Virus record (IMG/VR): IMGVR_UViG_2585427751_000008
Coordinates: 1-22,249 of that record
Strand: one strand, 5' to 3'
Length of the DNA stretch: 22,249 nucleotides
From: a virus
Taxonomy: Duplodnaviria; Heunggongvirae; Uroviricota; Caudoviricetes
Positions 1 to 8,210 of the stretch are shown here, in pieces (the first letter of the stretch is position 1; each line of letters starts with the position of its first letter). The translations under genes were made by a program, and so were the position numbers. The notes beneath the pieces were generated by a model, which was given only the letters and a program-made list of their open reading frames with translations, did no database searches and had not been told where the DNA came from.

Positions 1-1083
1 TTACAGCCATGTGATTTCTCCTACCGTCAGCAGCTCACTGTCTCCCGCCTGAACTGACGTCAGCGGACTGCGCACTTCAAAATCCTCCAGATTTTTCACC
101 CCTGCCACCGCCCGCCAGAAAGACGACGGCAGAACCAGACCGCCGGGCCGGGATTCGTTATACAACAGGTCGGTCAGCGCCTGTTTTACGGCCGCCTGAT
201 TCTCCGGTGTTTTCGGGATGATCCTGATGCTGAAGGGCACCGGCTTATTGGTCAGTTTAAACACGGTCACCGTCGGCCCCAGAGGCTGTCCGACAGGCTG
301 GCCGGTCGCCGGATCATCATGACTGCGGATATAATCCGCCACCCGCTGAACATCACCGTCACCGGGGAAAATATCCGGGTTATTATCCTGAACAAACGTT
401 ACCCCCACGCTGCCCGCCTGCGGCCATTCCGGGCGGCACCATGCCCGCGTCACGCCCGGCACTTCACGCGCCCAGCGTTCAAAATCATACTGCGTGCCGC
501 CGGACGGTGGATTCTGCACCCGGAAAACCAGACGGGAAAGCAGCTCCGGCACGGTTTCCACATCCGCACCACCGGTGATCCCCGTTCCGGTCACCGTGGC
601 CGTCTGGTTGATCCCCGCCTGCGGTGTGATAAATGTCAGTTTTGTCCCTGCCGGGGCATTCCCCGCACGACCGGCACTTTCGGCTTCCACACTGACATTC
701 AGCGTACCGGCCTTACCGGTCAGGGAGGTGGTGATACGGTAAACCACGCCATCACTTCGCTGGAGAAGCACACCTTCCTTGATCCCCGCATCCGTGGTCA
801 GCATCAGCTGAACCGGCCCGTCCCCCCGAGAGGCAGGCTTACGCATGACGCCCCAGAATGCACAGTGTTTCAGCAGTTCGGCTTCATCGGCTTCGGTCGG
901 GATGATCTGACGCGCAATCCAGGCCAGATGCTCATGCTCCTGAGCAGATAACCCTGCCTGAGCGTAAGCAATGGCATTCAGGGTGGTTTCATTCACACCC
1001 GGCTGCGAGCCGGGCAGGCGCTGGCTGATATCCTGCTGTGTCTGCGTGATTAACTGTGCCAGCGGTAAAGGCTGATAAGGCAT
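1..1083 (-). CDS. Baseplate J-like protein (Mu gp47 family)
   Basis: Complete 360 aa ORF (stop at 1-3). Translation carries the baseplate-J pattern, e.g. GGTQYDFERWAREVPGVTRAW followed by GSVGVTFV and a C-terminal LED...GEITW segment. Length and position after a gp46-like gene match Mu gp47. Confidence 0.75.
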   Translation of the reverse strand: MPYQPLPLAQLITQTQQDISQRLPGSQPGVNETTLNAIAYAQAGLSAQEHEHLAWIARQIIPTEADEAELLKHCAFWGVMRKPASRGDGPVQLMLTTDAGIKEGVLLQRSDGVVYRITTSLTGKAGTLNVSVEAESAGRAGNAPAGTKLTFITPQAGINQTATVTGTGITGGADVETVPELLSRLVFRVQNPPSGGTQYDFERWAREVPGVTRAWCRPEWPQAGSVGVTFVQDNNPDIFPGDGDVQRVADYIRSHDDPATGQPVGQPLGPTVTVFKLTNKPVPFSIRIIPKTPENQAAVKQALTDLLYNESRPGGLVLPSSFWRAVAGVKNLEDFEVRSPLTSVQAGDSELLTVGEITWL

Positions 1084-1520
1084 TACTCCCCCTTAAGATC
1101 AGCATAAAAAATCATGGGCCTCACTGAACCATCAGGCAGGGTTATGCGCACCGAAAGCACCAGCCGCGCGTGTCCCACACGTTCTGCATGACAGACCACG
1201 GATGACGCCACGCCATCCTGACTGAGCCAGCCCAGCGCCTCATCCGCGTAAGCACGGGCACGGCTTATCACCGAGGCCAGCGTTTTTTCCCGGCTGAGAA
1301 GCCACAGACGGGAGCCAATGGGGCGCGGGCGAAAACTGTCTCCCCACCATCCCCGGCGGTCGCGCGTACCGTCAGGGATTTCATCCGATGCCAGCGCCCG
1401 GCGGTCAGTAAACAGCGAAATCAGAACGGCCGTCAGCAGACTGTCATCCGTCAGCAGGTCGGCACCGTTCAGTTGCAGCGAACCGCATCCCTGATCCCAC
1501 ACAATTGCAATATCAGCCAT
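1083..1520 (-). CDS. Mu gp46-like baseplate protein
   Basis: 145 aa from ATG at 1518-1520 (the longer track ORF overlaps the upstream gene). Contains RRGWWGD and GSRLW motifs recalled from the phage GP46 family. Stop overlaps the start of the J-like gene by 1 nt. Confidence 0.55.
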   Translation of the reverse strand: MADIAIVWDQGCGSLQLNGADLLTDDSLLTAVLISLFTDRRALASDEIPDGTRDRRGWWGDSFRPRPIGSRLWLLSREKTLASVISRARAYADEALGWLSQDGVASSVVCHAERVGHARLVLSVRITLPDGSVRPMIFYADLKGE

Positions 1521-2127
1521 TCTCCGGCACTCCTGTCTTACTGCCTTCGCCGTTATCATGATGCACATGGCCGGAATACCGTATCCCTGCAATAACGGCA
1601 TCCGACATTGTGAACAGTCCCTGAGATTTCCCCGTACCCTCAAGCGCGAAATTACCCTTAACATGCAGGTTCTTATCCACCGTCACATTGCCCGTAAAGG
1701 TGGCTTCCGGCGTATCCACCCGCATCCCCTCGTCGGCGTAAATCTCCAGCATTTTGCATGTCACAATAATGCGGCCATCCTTTGTTAACCGTATCCGGTG
1801 CCCCTCATGGTGATACACCCCCGTATCTCCGGCTGTGAGTCCGGTCGGGCGGCTGCGCCGGTCTTCCACCACAAGCACCACAGTCTGATCCCGCTGTCCG
1901 CCCAGACAGGCAAAAAAGGTTTCCGCACCCGGCAGGGGAACGCTGATCTGCCCGTACTGCTGGGGACGCTCCACATCATCAAAGGTTTCACCATCCATAC
2001 CGGTGATTTGCACATTCTGGATTTTCAGCGTGTCCGTTGTGCCGGTCAGTACACCACGCCCGAACAGCAGACGAACACCCCGCATCACGGGGGCCAGAAG
2101 GCGGCTGATGACTTCGTCATTCATCAT
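1513..2127 (-). CDS. Baseplate assembly/spike protein (Mu gp45 / P2 gpV-like)
   Basis: 204 aa ORF. Size and position between gp44-like and gp46-like genes match the Mu central spike gp45. Start overlaps the upstream gene stop. Confidence 0.5.
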   Translation of the reverse strand: MMNDEVISRLLAPVMRGVRLLFGRGVLTGTTDTLKIQNVQITGMDGETFDDVERPQQYGQISVPLPGAETFFACLGGQRDQTVVLVVEDRRSRPTGLTAGDTGVYHHEGHRIRLTKDGRIIVTCKMLEIYADEGMRVDTPEATFTGNVTVDKNLHVKGNFALEGTGKSQGLFTMSDAVIAGIRYSGHVHHDNGEGSKTGVPENG

Positions 2128-3241
2128 TGAATTTAATCCCCTGTTTTTTCATCTGTGCCCGCACGAAGGCGTCCACGTCACCCGCATTTCCGCTTCCGCT
2201 GTTTCCCGGCTCTGCCGGAACAATAAAGCCGTCACGGGGTGCCAGAATCAGACGGGTGGTTTCGCCGTGATTTGCATCCAGCGAAAACTCCACCTGACAG
2301 ACAAGAAGATCACGCTCTTCCACTCCGGTGCGGGGAGCCGTGACAGCCGTCAGCAGGTTGATATCCCACAACTGGCCGTTCTCCCGAAACCAGTGCCGCA
2401 CGGTGGCTGTCAGGCGCACAGAGCGGGCAACCGCCCGGCGCATTTCCCGGACAGCCCTCTGGCGTGCACCGTCTGCATCAACAGCATGATCCGCCAGCAC
2501 AATTTTCGGTCTGTAACGGTGGATGGCACTGTCTGTCACCGTACCAACGGGTGCGGCCAGCGTTCCGGCTGTCAGTGCATCCCCGGCATGACCACCACCA
2601 CGCCCGTGCCCCCGTACACGGTATTCACTGTGGCGCAGACGGTGATCCACGTTGTGATCCAAATCCAGCAGATTTTCGCCCAGCGTCAGCGTGTCGCCAC
2701 GCTGACTGCAGGCCTGAGTGAAAACCAGTTCACCGGCGGCATTACTGGTTACCAGGACGCCTCTGTGTCTCGCGGCCCGTGTCAGCGCATCTGCCACGGT
2801 TTCTGAGTTTTCCAGTGTGAAGGTGGAAAAGGGCCGGGCTGCCGTTGCATCATTTACCTGCCAGCGCACCGTGACCCCGAACGGAGCACACAAATCTGAA
2901 GCAATGTGCTCCAGCGTGCGGTTCCTCCACTGGCTGCCCGGATGAATGGCTGAACAGTCCACCAGGTCACCGGTTTTATCCCGTCCGCTGAGCGTGATCT
3001 GAAAACGCGTGGCGCTGATGCGCTGCCGGACCTGATCCAGCCAGCCAGTGATCACAGGCTGACCGTCAATGCGCAATTCCAGAGACTGACCGGCACGGAC
3101 GGATGACGGAAGGCGTACACCGGGCATCATTACCCCCAGTTCAAAGGAGCCCGCCAGATGTTCAAGAGAGCGACGAACACTCACCGTCAGCCAGCCGGAA
3201 AAAATCTCACCGCCCAGATACAGTTCAACCCTGCTGCTCAC
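2117..3241 (-). CDS. Baseplate hub protein (Mu gp44 / P2 gpD-like)
   Basis: 374 aa ORF, close to the size of Mu gp44. Position immediately upstream of the gp45-like gene. Assignment is by synteny and size. Confidence 0.5.
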   Translation of the reverse strand: MSSRVELYLGGEIFSGWLTVSVRRSLEHLAGSFELGVMMPGVRLPSSVRAGQSLELRIDGQPVITGWLDQVRQRISATRFQITLSGRDKTGDLVDCSAIHPGSQWRNRTLEHIASDLCAPFGVTVRWQVNDATAARPFSTFTLENSETVADALTRAARHRGVLVTSNAAGELVFTQACSQRGDTLTLGENLLDLDHNVDHRLRHSEYRVRGHGRGGGHAGDALTAGTLAAPVGTVTDSAIHRYRPKIVLADHAVDADGARQRAVREMRRAVARSVRLTATVRHWFRENGQLWDINLLTAVTAPRTGVEERDLLVCQVEFSLDANHGETTRLILAPRDGFIVPAEPGNSGSGNAGDVDAFVRAQMKKQGIKFNDE

Positions 3242-4511
3242 TAATCACCTCCACTGAATGGCCTCCGGGAATGAACAGCGGATCAACAATACCGTTACGG
3301 CGCACAAAACGTTGCCAGCCGGTACTGTTCCCGGTGGCACGGTACAGGGTCACCAGTGCAGGCTCGGTGGTACGTACAGTCACTACTGTTGCACCGGGTA
3401 GCTGAACTCCCCGTGTATTCAGATCCTCTGTCAGTGCCAGTCTGGCATCACGAAGCGTCAGCGCCGTGGCGGTATACCCCTGCCCGGACAGTGTCATCAC
3501 CTGCCGTTCGAGCGCTTCGCTTAAGTCACGGTTAATGCGCTGAAGATCAACTGAACTTTCCAGCCAGACAGGCCAGGTACGGTGGGCTGCGTCACTGTCC
3601 GGCAGGGTTTCCTGACTGAGAACCTGATCCAGCAGTTTTCCCACGGTCTGTGCCTGGGCCACCACGGCAGCACTCTGCATTACCGCCCGTATCAGACGAA
3701 TATTCTTTTGTGCTGCCGGTGTCAGACCGATGAGAGTCTGCGGATTATCCTGCTCATCCAGCACGTAACGCAGGGAAGATAATGTCCTGTACAGTTGCGG
3801 CATTCCCTGAGAGACGGCGGATGTCGTCCGACCGATACTGCCTCCGGGCCGGGTATTCAGGCCTCCTGAAGACAGTGACGGCAGCGATGGCAGGGTGATC
3901 AGGGCACTGAAAAGCCCCGCAAAAGATGAGGCCATGCGGGAAGGTGCTGTCAGTAATGCCGTGGCATTCCCTTTCAGCGCCGTGAACGTGGCAGTAAAGG
4001 CACTGATATCCTGTACAATCCCCATGCCGGAAACGGCATTTTCCAGGGCGGACACCTTATCGCTGATGGTTTCGGTCATTGCCTGGACATCGTGCATTCC
4101 GTCAGAAATCACCGTCCAGCCCGCTTCCAGGGTTTCAAAAACCTTCCCGAGCGCGGTGGTACTCTTCTGCTCCAGAATGGCGGCCGTGTCCTGTGTGACA
4201 GCAGGTGCGGTACCGTCGCTGTCCACCACAATCTGCTTTCCCCACCATCCCAGCTTTTGCAGGCGTGGCGTCAGCGTGCGGATAAATTCTTTCTGTGAAA
4301 TCCCCTCATCAATGGCCCGCTGCACTTCGGCCTGTAATGTGGTCACCACATCCAGCCGTGCCGTTTTTGCTGCCGTGAATGAGCGGGCATGAACATCCGC
4401 GTCTGTTTCGAACCAGTTCCAGCTGATATGCGCCCCTTTGGCGCGGAAGTATGCCACCGTCTCTTTTGAGGGAAGCGTGGCGGCATAACCTAAATCAATC
4501 CCCTGAGCCAT
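3225..4511 (-). CDS. Phage structural protein with Mu F-like N-terminal region; possible fusion product
   Basis: 428 aa ORF without cysteines. The N-terminal ~100 aa (…HARSFTAAKTARLDVV…RAIDEGISQKEFIRTLTPRLQKLGWWGKQ) resembles the N-terminal region of Mu F-type head morphogenesis proteins as I recall them. The rest lacks the downstream F signatures I would expect and is Ala/Ser/Thr-rich. Sits where Mu has gp43. Confidence 0.4.
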   Translation of the reverse strand: MAQGIDLGYAATLPSKETVAYFRAKGAHISWNWFETDADVHARSFTAAKTARLDVVTTLQAEVQRAIDEGISQKEFIRTLTPRLQKLGWWGKQIVVDSDGTAPAVTQDTAAILEQKSTTALGKVFETLEAGWTVISDGMHDVQAMTETISDKVSALENAVSGMGIVQDISAFTATFTALKGNATALLTAPSRMASSFAGLFSALITLPSLPSLSSGGLNTRPGGSIGRTTSAVSQGMPQLYRTLSSLRYVLDEQDNPQTLIGLTPAAQKNIRLIRAVMQSAAVVAQAQTVGKLLDQVLSQETLPDSDAAHRTWPVWLESSVDLQRINRDLSEALERQVMTLSGQGYTATALTLRDARLALTEDLNTRGVQLPGATVVTVRTTEPALVTLYRATGNSTGWQRFVRRNGIVDPLFIPGGHSVEVISEQQG

Positions 4512-5055
4512 CCAGCATCCCCTTCATTTCCGCAGCAAACATGGCATCACTGAGCAGCGTCATCAGGCGGGAATCATCCATTTCACGGTAAAGGGCAGGC
4601 AGGTCTGCCAGCGCATCCGCCAGCCCCCGCGTTCTGATGGCATCAATGACCGGCTCCAGTACCGGGTCGATGGCCTCCTGTAACCGGCGGGCGGGCACCG
4701 CATCGCCCATGTCGTCCAGCTCATCACGCGGCGTGTTTTTCGCTTCCGGCAGTCGGGCTGAAAGCGCCGTCTGTTCTGTCTTTTCCTGTTTTTCCGGTAG
4801 CGTTTCCCTGTCAGGCATGGCCGGTTCATTACTGTTCTGACGGACACGGAATATGGCTTCACCGGGCGTGGGCTGTGGAATACCGGTCTGCTCCCGTACC
4901 CAGGGATCAGGAATATCCATCCCCGCACTGAGTTGCATCACCGCACTGGTTATTTTGGTGATATCCCCCGGTTCTTTGGTCTGGAAACAAATACGCGGCA
5001 GGCGACGGATATCAATGGCGTGGGCGGTGTTCAGGGCATACAGCGGATAGCTCAC
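4495..5055 (-). CDS. Hypothetical phage protein; possible C-terminal remnant of a Mu-type portal gene
   Basis: 186 aa ORF overlapping the downstream gene start by 17 nt. Acidic low-complexity stretch followed by LADLPALYREMDDSRLMTLLSDAMFAAEMKGM, which resembles C-termini of Mu-like portal (DUF935) proteins from memory. Start codon is uncertain (internal ATGs at 4938 and 4920). Confidence 0.3.
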   Translation of the reverse strand: MSYPLYALNTAHAIDIRRLPRICFQTKEPGDITKITSAVMQLSAGMDIPDPWVREQTGIPQPTPGEAIFRVRQNSNEPAMPDRETLPEKQEKTEQTALSARLPEAKNTPRDELDDMGDAVPARRLQEAIDPVLEPVIDAIRTRGLADALADLPALYREMDDSRLMTLLSDAMFAAEMKGMLDGSGD

Positions 5056-5272
5056 CGCGCAGGGTGGTGATTTCGATATTGAGTCTGTTCACCTCCTGCT
5101 GCGTGGGCAGGCCGGAAATCCGGCTCTCCACCCGCTCAACCCGATCGGAGAGTTTTTCAAAGGCCTCGCGGGGGACGAAGGTTTTGCGCATCAGCGCCAT
5201 GAAGATCCCCCCGGCCGTGGCCGTTGCCGACAGGATCGGCACAACATAATCTTTAACGATGCTGACCCACAT
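5012..5272 (-). CDS. Small membrane protein (N-terminal TM helix plus coiled coil), Mu gp25-like by position
   Basis: 86 aa with hydrophobic N-terminus VVPILSATATAGGIFMALM followed by a heptad-like region. Located downstream of the spanins in the lysis cassette. Confidence 0.4.
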   Translation of the reverse strand: MWVSIVKDYVVPILSATATAGGIFMALMRKTFVPREAFEKLSDRVERVESRISGLPTQQEVNRLNIEITTLRGELSAVCPEHRPRH

Positions 5273-5480
5273 GACCGGCCTCCATGATGTTCTGGCAGTT
5301 CACACAACGGATGGCATCCGGCACGGCAACCAGACGGGCAGCCGGAATGTCACCCCCGCAGTCCGCGCATACACGCCTGCCCGGTGTCTCCGCCACCCGG
5401 CGCTTACGTGTCAGCCGGTCACAAAGGGCGCGTTCTGTTGCCCGCTCCATGACAGCCTGAGCACAATCTGAATCATCCAT
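5253..5480 (-). CDS. TraR/DksA-family C4 zinc-finger protein
   Basis: 75 aa from ATG at 5478-5480. Contains CADC, a 17-residue spacer, then CVNC, which is the C-x2-C-x17-C-x2-C arrangement of DksA/TraR zinc fingers. Confidence 0.75.
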   Translation of the reverse strand: MDDSDCAQAVMERATERALCDRLTRKRRVAETPGRRVCADCGGDIPAARLVAVPDAIRCVNCQNIMEAGHVGQHR

Positions 5481-5490
5481 ACCTTTTTCC

Positions 5491-5862
5491 TTACTTCGTC
5501 TTTCCTGCCGGAACAGCAGGCGTTCCGGCCATATCAGTAAATTCATGTTGTCGCCGCGCCTCCAGACGACGAATACTGGCCTTGTCCACGTTGCAGTTCT
5601 TGATCACCGCCAGCAGTTGCAGGTTGTAAGTGACCGATGCCCCAAACGTGAACGGCTCCGGCGCAGGAGGGACCAGGCAGTCAGCCAGCCATTCAGCGGG
5701 GATCGGAACCGGCTGCACAGGCACGTATTTCACAGACGGCCCGGCGCACCCGCTCAGCCACATCATCAGGCACAGGAACAGAGGCCGCAGGCACTGTTGC
5801 CAGCGACCGGCGGACAACGCTCTGCTGCTCCTCGCTGTGCTGAATGTTCTGTTGCTTTTCAT
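5491..5862 (-). CDS. Outer-membrane spanin (o-spanin) lipoprotein
   Basis: Hydrophobic signal region ending in lipobox LSGC, followed by a proline-rich mature region (PVQPVPIPAEW…PPAPEP). Overlaps the 3' part of the i-spanin gene in another frame. Start at ATG 5860-5862 is a choice among alternatives. Confidence 0.55.
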   Translation of the reverse strand: MKSNRTFSTARSSRALSAGRWQQCLRPLFLCLMMWLSGCAGPSVKYVPVQPVPIPAEWLADCLVPPAPEPFTFGASVTYNLQLLAVIKNCNVDKASIRRLEARRQHEFTDMAGTPAVPAGKTK

Positions 5863-6043
5863 TCGTGGCCGCCTTGCTGATTTGTGAAATGAGTTGCAGG
5901 GTGCGTTGCTGGTTTGCCAGCACCAGACGGGCTTCGTCCCGTTCACGCACAAGCACATGATTATTGTCCTCAAGGCGCTGCGTCTTCTGGTGCATTCCCC
6001 ATACCACGGCAGCCAGCACGCTCATCACCCCCAGCGCCGCCAT
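5693..6043 (-). CDS. Inner-membrane spanin (i-spanin, Rz-like)
   Basis: N-terminal hydrophobic segment then a long charged coiled-coil-like region (QKTQRLEDNNHVLVRERDEARLVLANQQ…). ATG at 6041-6043 is preceded by GGAGG; the longer track ORF would overlap the endolysin. Confidence 0.5.
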   Translation of the reverse strand: MAALGVMSVLAAVVWGMHQKTQRLEDNNHVLVRERDEARLVLANQQRTLQLISQISKAATNEKQQNIQHSEEQQSVVRRSLATVPAASVPVPDDVAERVRRAVCEIRACAAGSDPR

Positions 6044-6155
6044 ACAGCCTCCGGCAATCAGGGCCGGTAAGGGATTGTTCACCGCAGCCACAGCACACCC
6101 CGCAGCAGCACAACGGCACACAGCAGCGCAATCATGAGCGGTCGCCAGAAGCGGT

Positions 6156-6656
6156 TCAGACTTTCGGCAAATCGTAACGACATAACCATTCATCCGCCGA
6201 ACGGCGGGCCTCAAGACCGGGGAGTTTTACCCCCTTTGAATAAATCCAGCGGATATACTGCTTACAGGACGCGGGCATCTGCCCGGCATTGATAAGGCGC
6301 AGGAGCGTGGAGTTGCGAAAGTTCGTTTCACCGGCCCAGAAAATCCAGGAGGCCAGCGCCACCGTCTGACCACGGGTAAGCGGCACCTGAACATGACGAT
6401 CGATAGCCGCAAAGGCCCATTTCATGTCCTTTTCCAGCAGCTCCAGACACTCTTCATCAGTTTTTGTCATCCCCGGTTTCACATCCGGGCCGGTATGGCC
6501 GTAACAGATGGTGGGGGTGCCGGTGGGATCAATGTACGTGGTGTTTTCTTTCCCTTCCCAGTAGCCGGTGTAGTGCGTGGCAATAGTGAACGTCCCGGCT
6601 CCGGCCAGAACAAGGGCAATCAGCTTTTTACGCAGTGGCGCGGGGAGTTTTGGCAT
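6156..6656 (-). CDS. SAR endolysin (GH24 lysozyme family, P21 R-like)
   Basis: 166 aa. N-terminal Gly/Ala-rich weakly hydrophobic segment (LIALVLAGAGTFTIATHY) typical of a signal-anchor-release domain. Catalytic region with E…D…T spacing (EGKENTTYIDPTGTPTICYGHTG) and NFRNSTLLRLIN, close to the P21 lysozyme motifs. Confidence 0.85.
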   Translation of the reverse strand: MPKLPAPLRKKLIALVLAGAGTFTIATHYTGYWEGKENTTYIDPTGTPTICYGHTGPDVKPGMTKTDEECLELLEKDMKWAFAAIDRHVQVPLTRGQTVALASWIFWAGETNFRNSTLLRLINAGQMPASCKQYIRWIYSKGVKLPGLEARRSADEWLCRYDLPKV

Positions 6657-6727
6657 TGTTACGCTGTCTCATGGTGTTCTCTGAGCCAGCGTAACCGTGG
6701 AAAAAAGGGGGCAGGATTTGCGGAATA

Positions 6728-7150
6728 TCAGAAAAGCCGGGGCTGCGTGCGCTCCTGATGCAGGCGACGCTGGTTGCGGATAACGGAGTAAATCTGCGTC
6801 TCTGACATCTGGTAATGGCGGCGCAGGGTTTCAATTTTTTCACCCTGGCTCCAGCGGGAAAAAATCTCATTATTGCGCAGTTCGGTGAAAAGGGATTCAC
6901 CGACCGGGAGATAATAACCACGCCCGCCCATGTACCCGGCCTGTGCGGCCGCAACCTTACGGGCAAGCATTCCCGCCTGAGCAGATTCAATCCCCTGACG
7001 GTGCAGTTCAGCACTGATCACATCAACCAGGTCACGCAGCGTGCCGGGCCAGTTCTTTTTCAGCTCATCATCAGGAATATCATCCAGACGGTCAATCAGC
7101 GCGTGCAGCTGTTCGCTGTCACCAAACATGCTCATCTGTGTTTCAGCCAT
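6728..7150 (-). CDS. Mor/C-family transcriptional activator (middle/late gene activator)
   Basis: 140 aa with the C-terminal pattern of Mu Mor/C proteins (GRGYYLP…NNEIFSRW…RHYQMSETQIYSVIR). Located between the GemA-like gene and the endolysin, as mor/C are in Mu. Only one family member is present. Confidence 0.7.
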   Translation of the reverse strand: MAETQMSMFGDSEQLHALIDRLDDIPDDELKKNWPGTLRDLVDVISAELHRQGIESAQAGMLARKVAAAQAGYMGGRGYYLPVGESLFTELRNNEIFSRWSQGEKIETLRRHYQMSETQIYSVIRNQRRLHQERTQPRLF

Positions 7151-7182
7151 ACCCGCCTCCGGTCACCATTACACAGGGCAAG

Positions 7183-7214
7183 TTTAAAATAAAAATCCCG
7201 CGCTGTGGCGGGAT
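7183..7214 (-). terminator. Intrinsic terminator between early operon and Mor/C gene
   Basis: Inverted repeat ATCCCGC (7195-7201) / GCGGGAT (7208-7214) with a 6-nt loop. On the minus strand the stem is followed by a U-rich run (complement of 7183-7194). Confidence 0.5.
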
Positions 7215-7220
7215 TTGGGG

Positions 7221-7730
7221 TTAAAAAGGGGAGGATTCTTCATACAGCCTGCAAACGCGCTCATAACTCATCACTGTACGCACTGACATCCCCAGCACAT
7301 CCAGCATCTTGCGACGGTGCCAGCGTTTGAGACACTCCAGCACATCCGAGGCCAGTGCGGGGTGTTGCTCCAGCCACTGCCAGTTAGCCACACCTTCGCC
7401 ACCGTTCTGCGCGGCCGTCTGCGACTTCACCCAGCGGTTAAGGGCCGTTTCCCCGCCATCAGCGATAAAGCCCTGCCGGTGCATTACCTTCCAGATGGCG
7501 CGAATTTTGGCGGTCACCGTACCCGGTTTTAAGGCCCGGTTAACCGGTTTCTGACGCACTTTAAAACCGCGTTTTTTGAAAACATCCAGCACGCGGGATA
7601 ACTCATCCGGTGACATATCCCGGCAACTGGATTTGCCGGTGGCTGCCAGCAGAACGAATGTATAGGTTTCATCATCCAGGGCAAGCTCGCGCTTTGCCAC
7701 ATGAATGGCGGATATCAGTTTCCCTCTCAT
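7221..7730 (-). CDS. GemA-like early protein (Mu gp16 family, DUF1018)
   Basis: 169 aa. N-terminal MRGKLISAIHVAKRELALDDETY resembles the GemA N-terminus. Immediately upstream of the Mor/C gene as in Mu. Confidence 0.6.
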   Translation of the reverse strand: MRGKLISAIHVAKRELALDDETYTFVLLAATGKSSCRDMSPDELSRVLDVFKKRGFKVRQKPVNRALKPGTVTAKIRAIWKVMHRQGFIADGGETALNRWVKSQTAAQNGGEGVANWQWLEQHPALASDVLECLKRWHRRKMLDVLGMSVRTVMSYERVCRLYEESSPF

Positions 7731-8023
7731 GCTGTATCAACACTCCTGCTGATATGATAGATATTATTTTCCCGATCGAGCTGAACCCGATACTCCGGAG
7801 GAATCACAAAAATATTAAAACCATCAACAGTTTTTATTCTTGAGTAGTATTCCCCCTTATGATATCTGGCAAGTGCATTAATCAGAGAAGCCGCCGCCAG
7901 CCCAATCAGGTATTTTTTATGAAAAATACTGATAACTTTCCGGCACAGCCATCGTGTAATGACGAATGCACCGAAAAACGATGTGATATATAAACACCAG
8001 AACAACTGCGAACTACTGTCCAT
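7727..8023 (-). CDS. Hypothetical membrane-anchored protein (cassette gene 4)
   Basis: 98 aa. N-terminal hydrophobic helix LFWCLYITSFFGAFVITRWL then a soluble domain. ATGA overlap with the GemA-like start. AT-rich codon composition. Confidence 0.4.
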   Translation of the reverse strand: MDSSSQLFWCLYITSFFGAFVITRWLCRKVISIFHKKYLIGLAAASLINALARYHKGEYYSRIKTVDGFNIFVIPPEYRVQLDRENNIYHISRSVDTA

Positions 8024-8210
8024 TATCTTTCTCCTTATTCAGTCTTCTGCGGCATTCGGCACAGTCATCAGGGCTTTCAAATGTATCCGGCTCGCGATTA
8101 TGAGCCAGATATAACCACCGCCCACATATACTGATATTTTCACCTGTTTTAAAAAAATGATGCTTCTTAGCCATCAATGGCCGCGCCCATCCAGCGGGTA
8201 GACTATTCAT
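8013..8210 (-). CDS. Hypothetical small Cys/His-containing protein (cassette gene 3)
   Basis: 65 aa with ICGRW and DDCAEC plus several His residues, so possibly a small metal-binding fold. Overlaps both neighbours. Confidence 0.35.
   Translation of the reverse strand: MNSLPAGWARPLMAKKHHFFKTGENISICGRWLYLAHNREPDTFESPDDCAECRRRLNKEKDNGQ

Noticed and set aside
319-951. 210 aa plus-strand ORF, with a nested 82 aa ORF at 494-742
   Set aside because: Antisense to the baseplate J-like gene; Arg/Pro/His-rich composition and no motif. Spurious open frame.
1521-1664. Longer 193 aa version of the gp46-like ORF
   Set aside because: The upstream 48 codons overlap the 3' end of the gp45-like gene and are Cys/Arg-rich. 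The internal ATG at 1518-1520 gives a compact protein with the family motifs.
2003-2806. 267 aa plus-strand ORF
   Set aside because: Lies opposite the gp44-like and gp45-like genes; Cys/His/Arg-rich with no coherent domain. Spurious antisense frame.
3895-4392. 165 aa plus-strand ORF
   Set aside because: Antisense to the 428 aa structural ORF; Ser/Ala/Cys-rich low-complexity translation.
6044-6214. Upstream extension of the i-spanin ORF overlapping the endolysin
   Set aside because: The ATG at 6041-6043 is preceded by GGAGG and places the hydrophobic segment at the N-terminus. The extension is Cys/Ala-rich and would overlap the endolysin by 59 nt.
6628-7192. ORFs 6628-7014 (minus) and 6815-7192 (plus) overlapping the Mor/C gene
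   Set aside because: Alternative frames of the Mor/C gene region with no motifs. The Mor/C frame has the family signature and the correct operon position.
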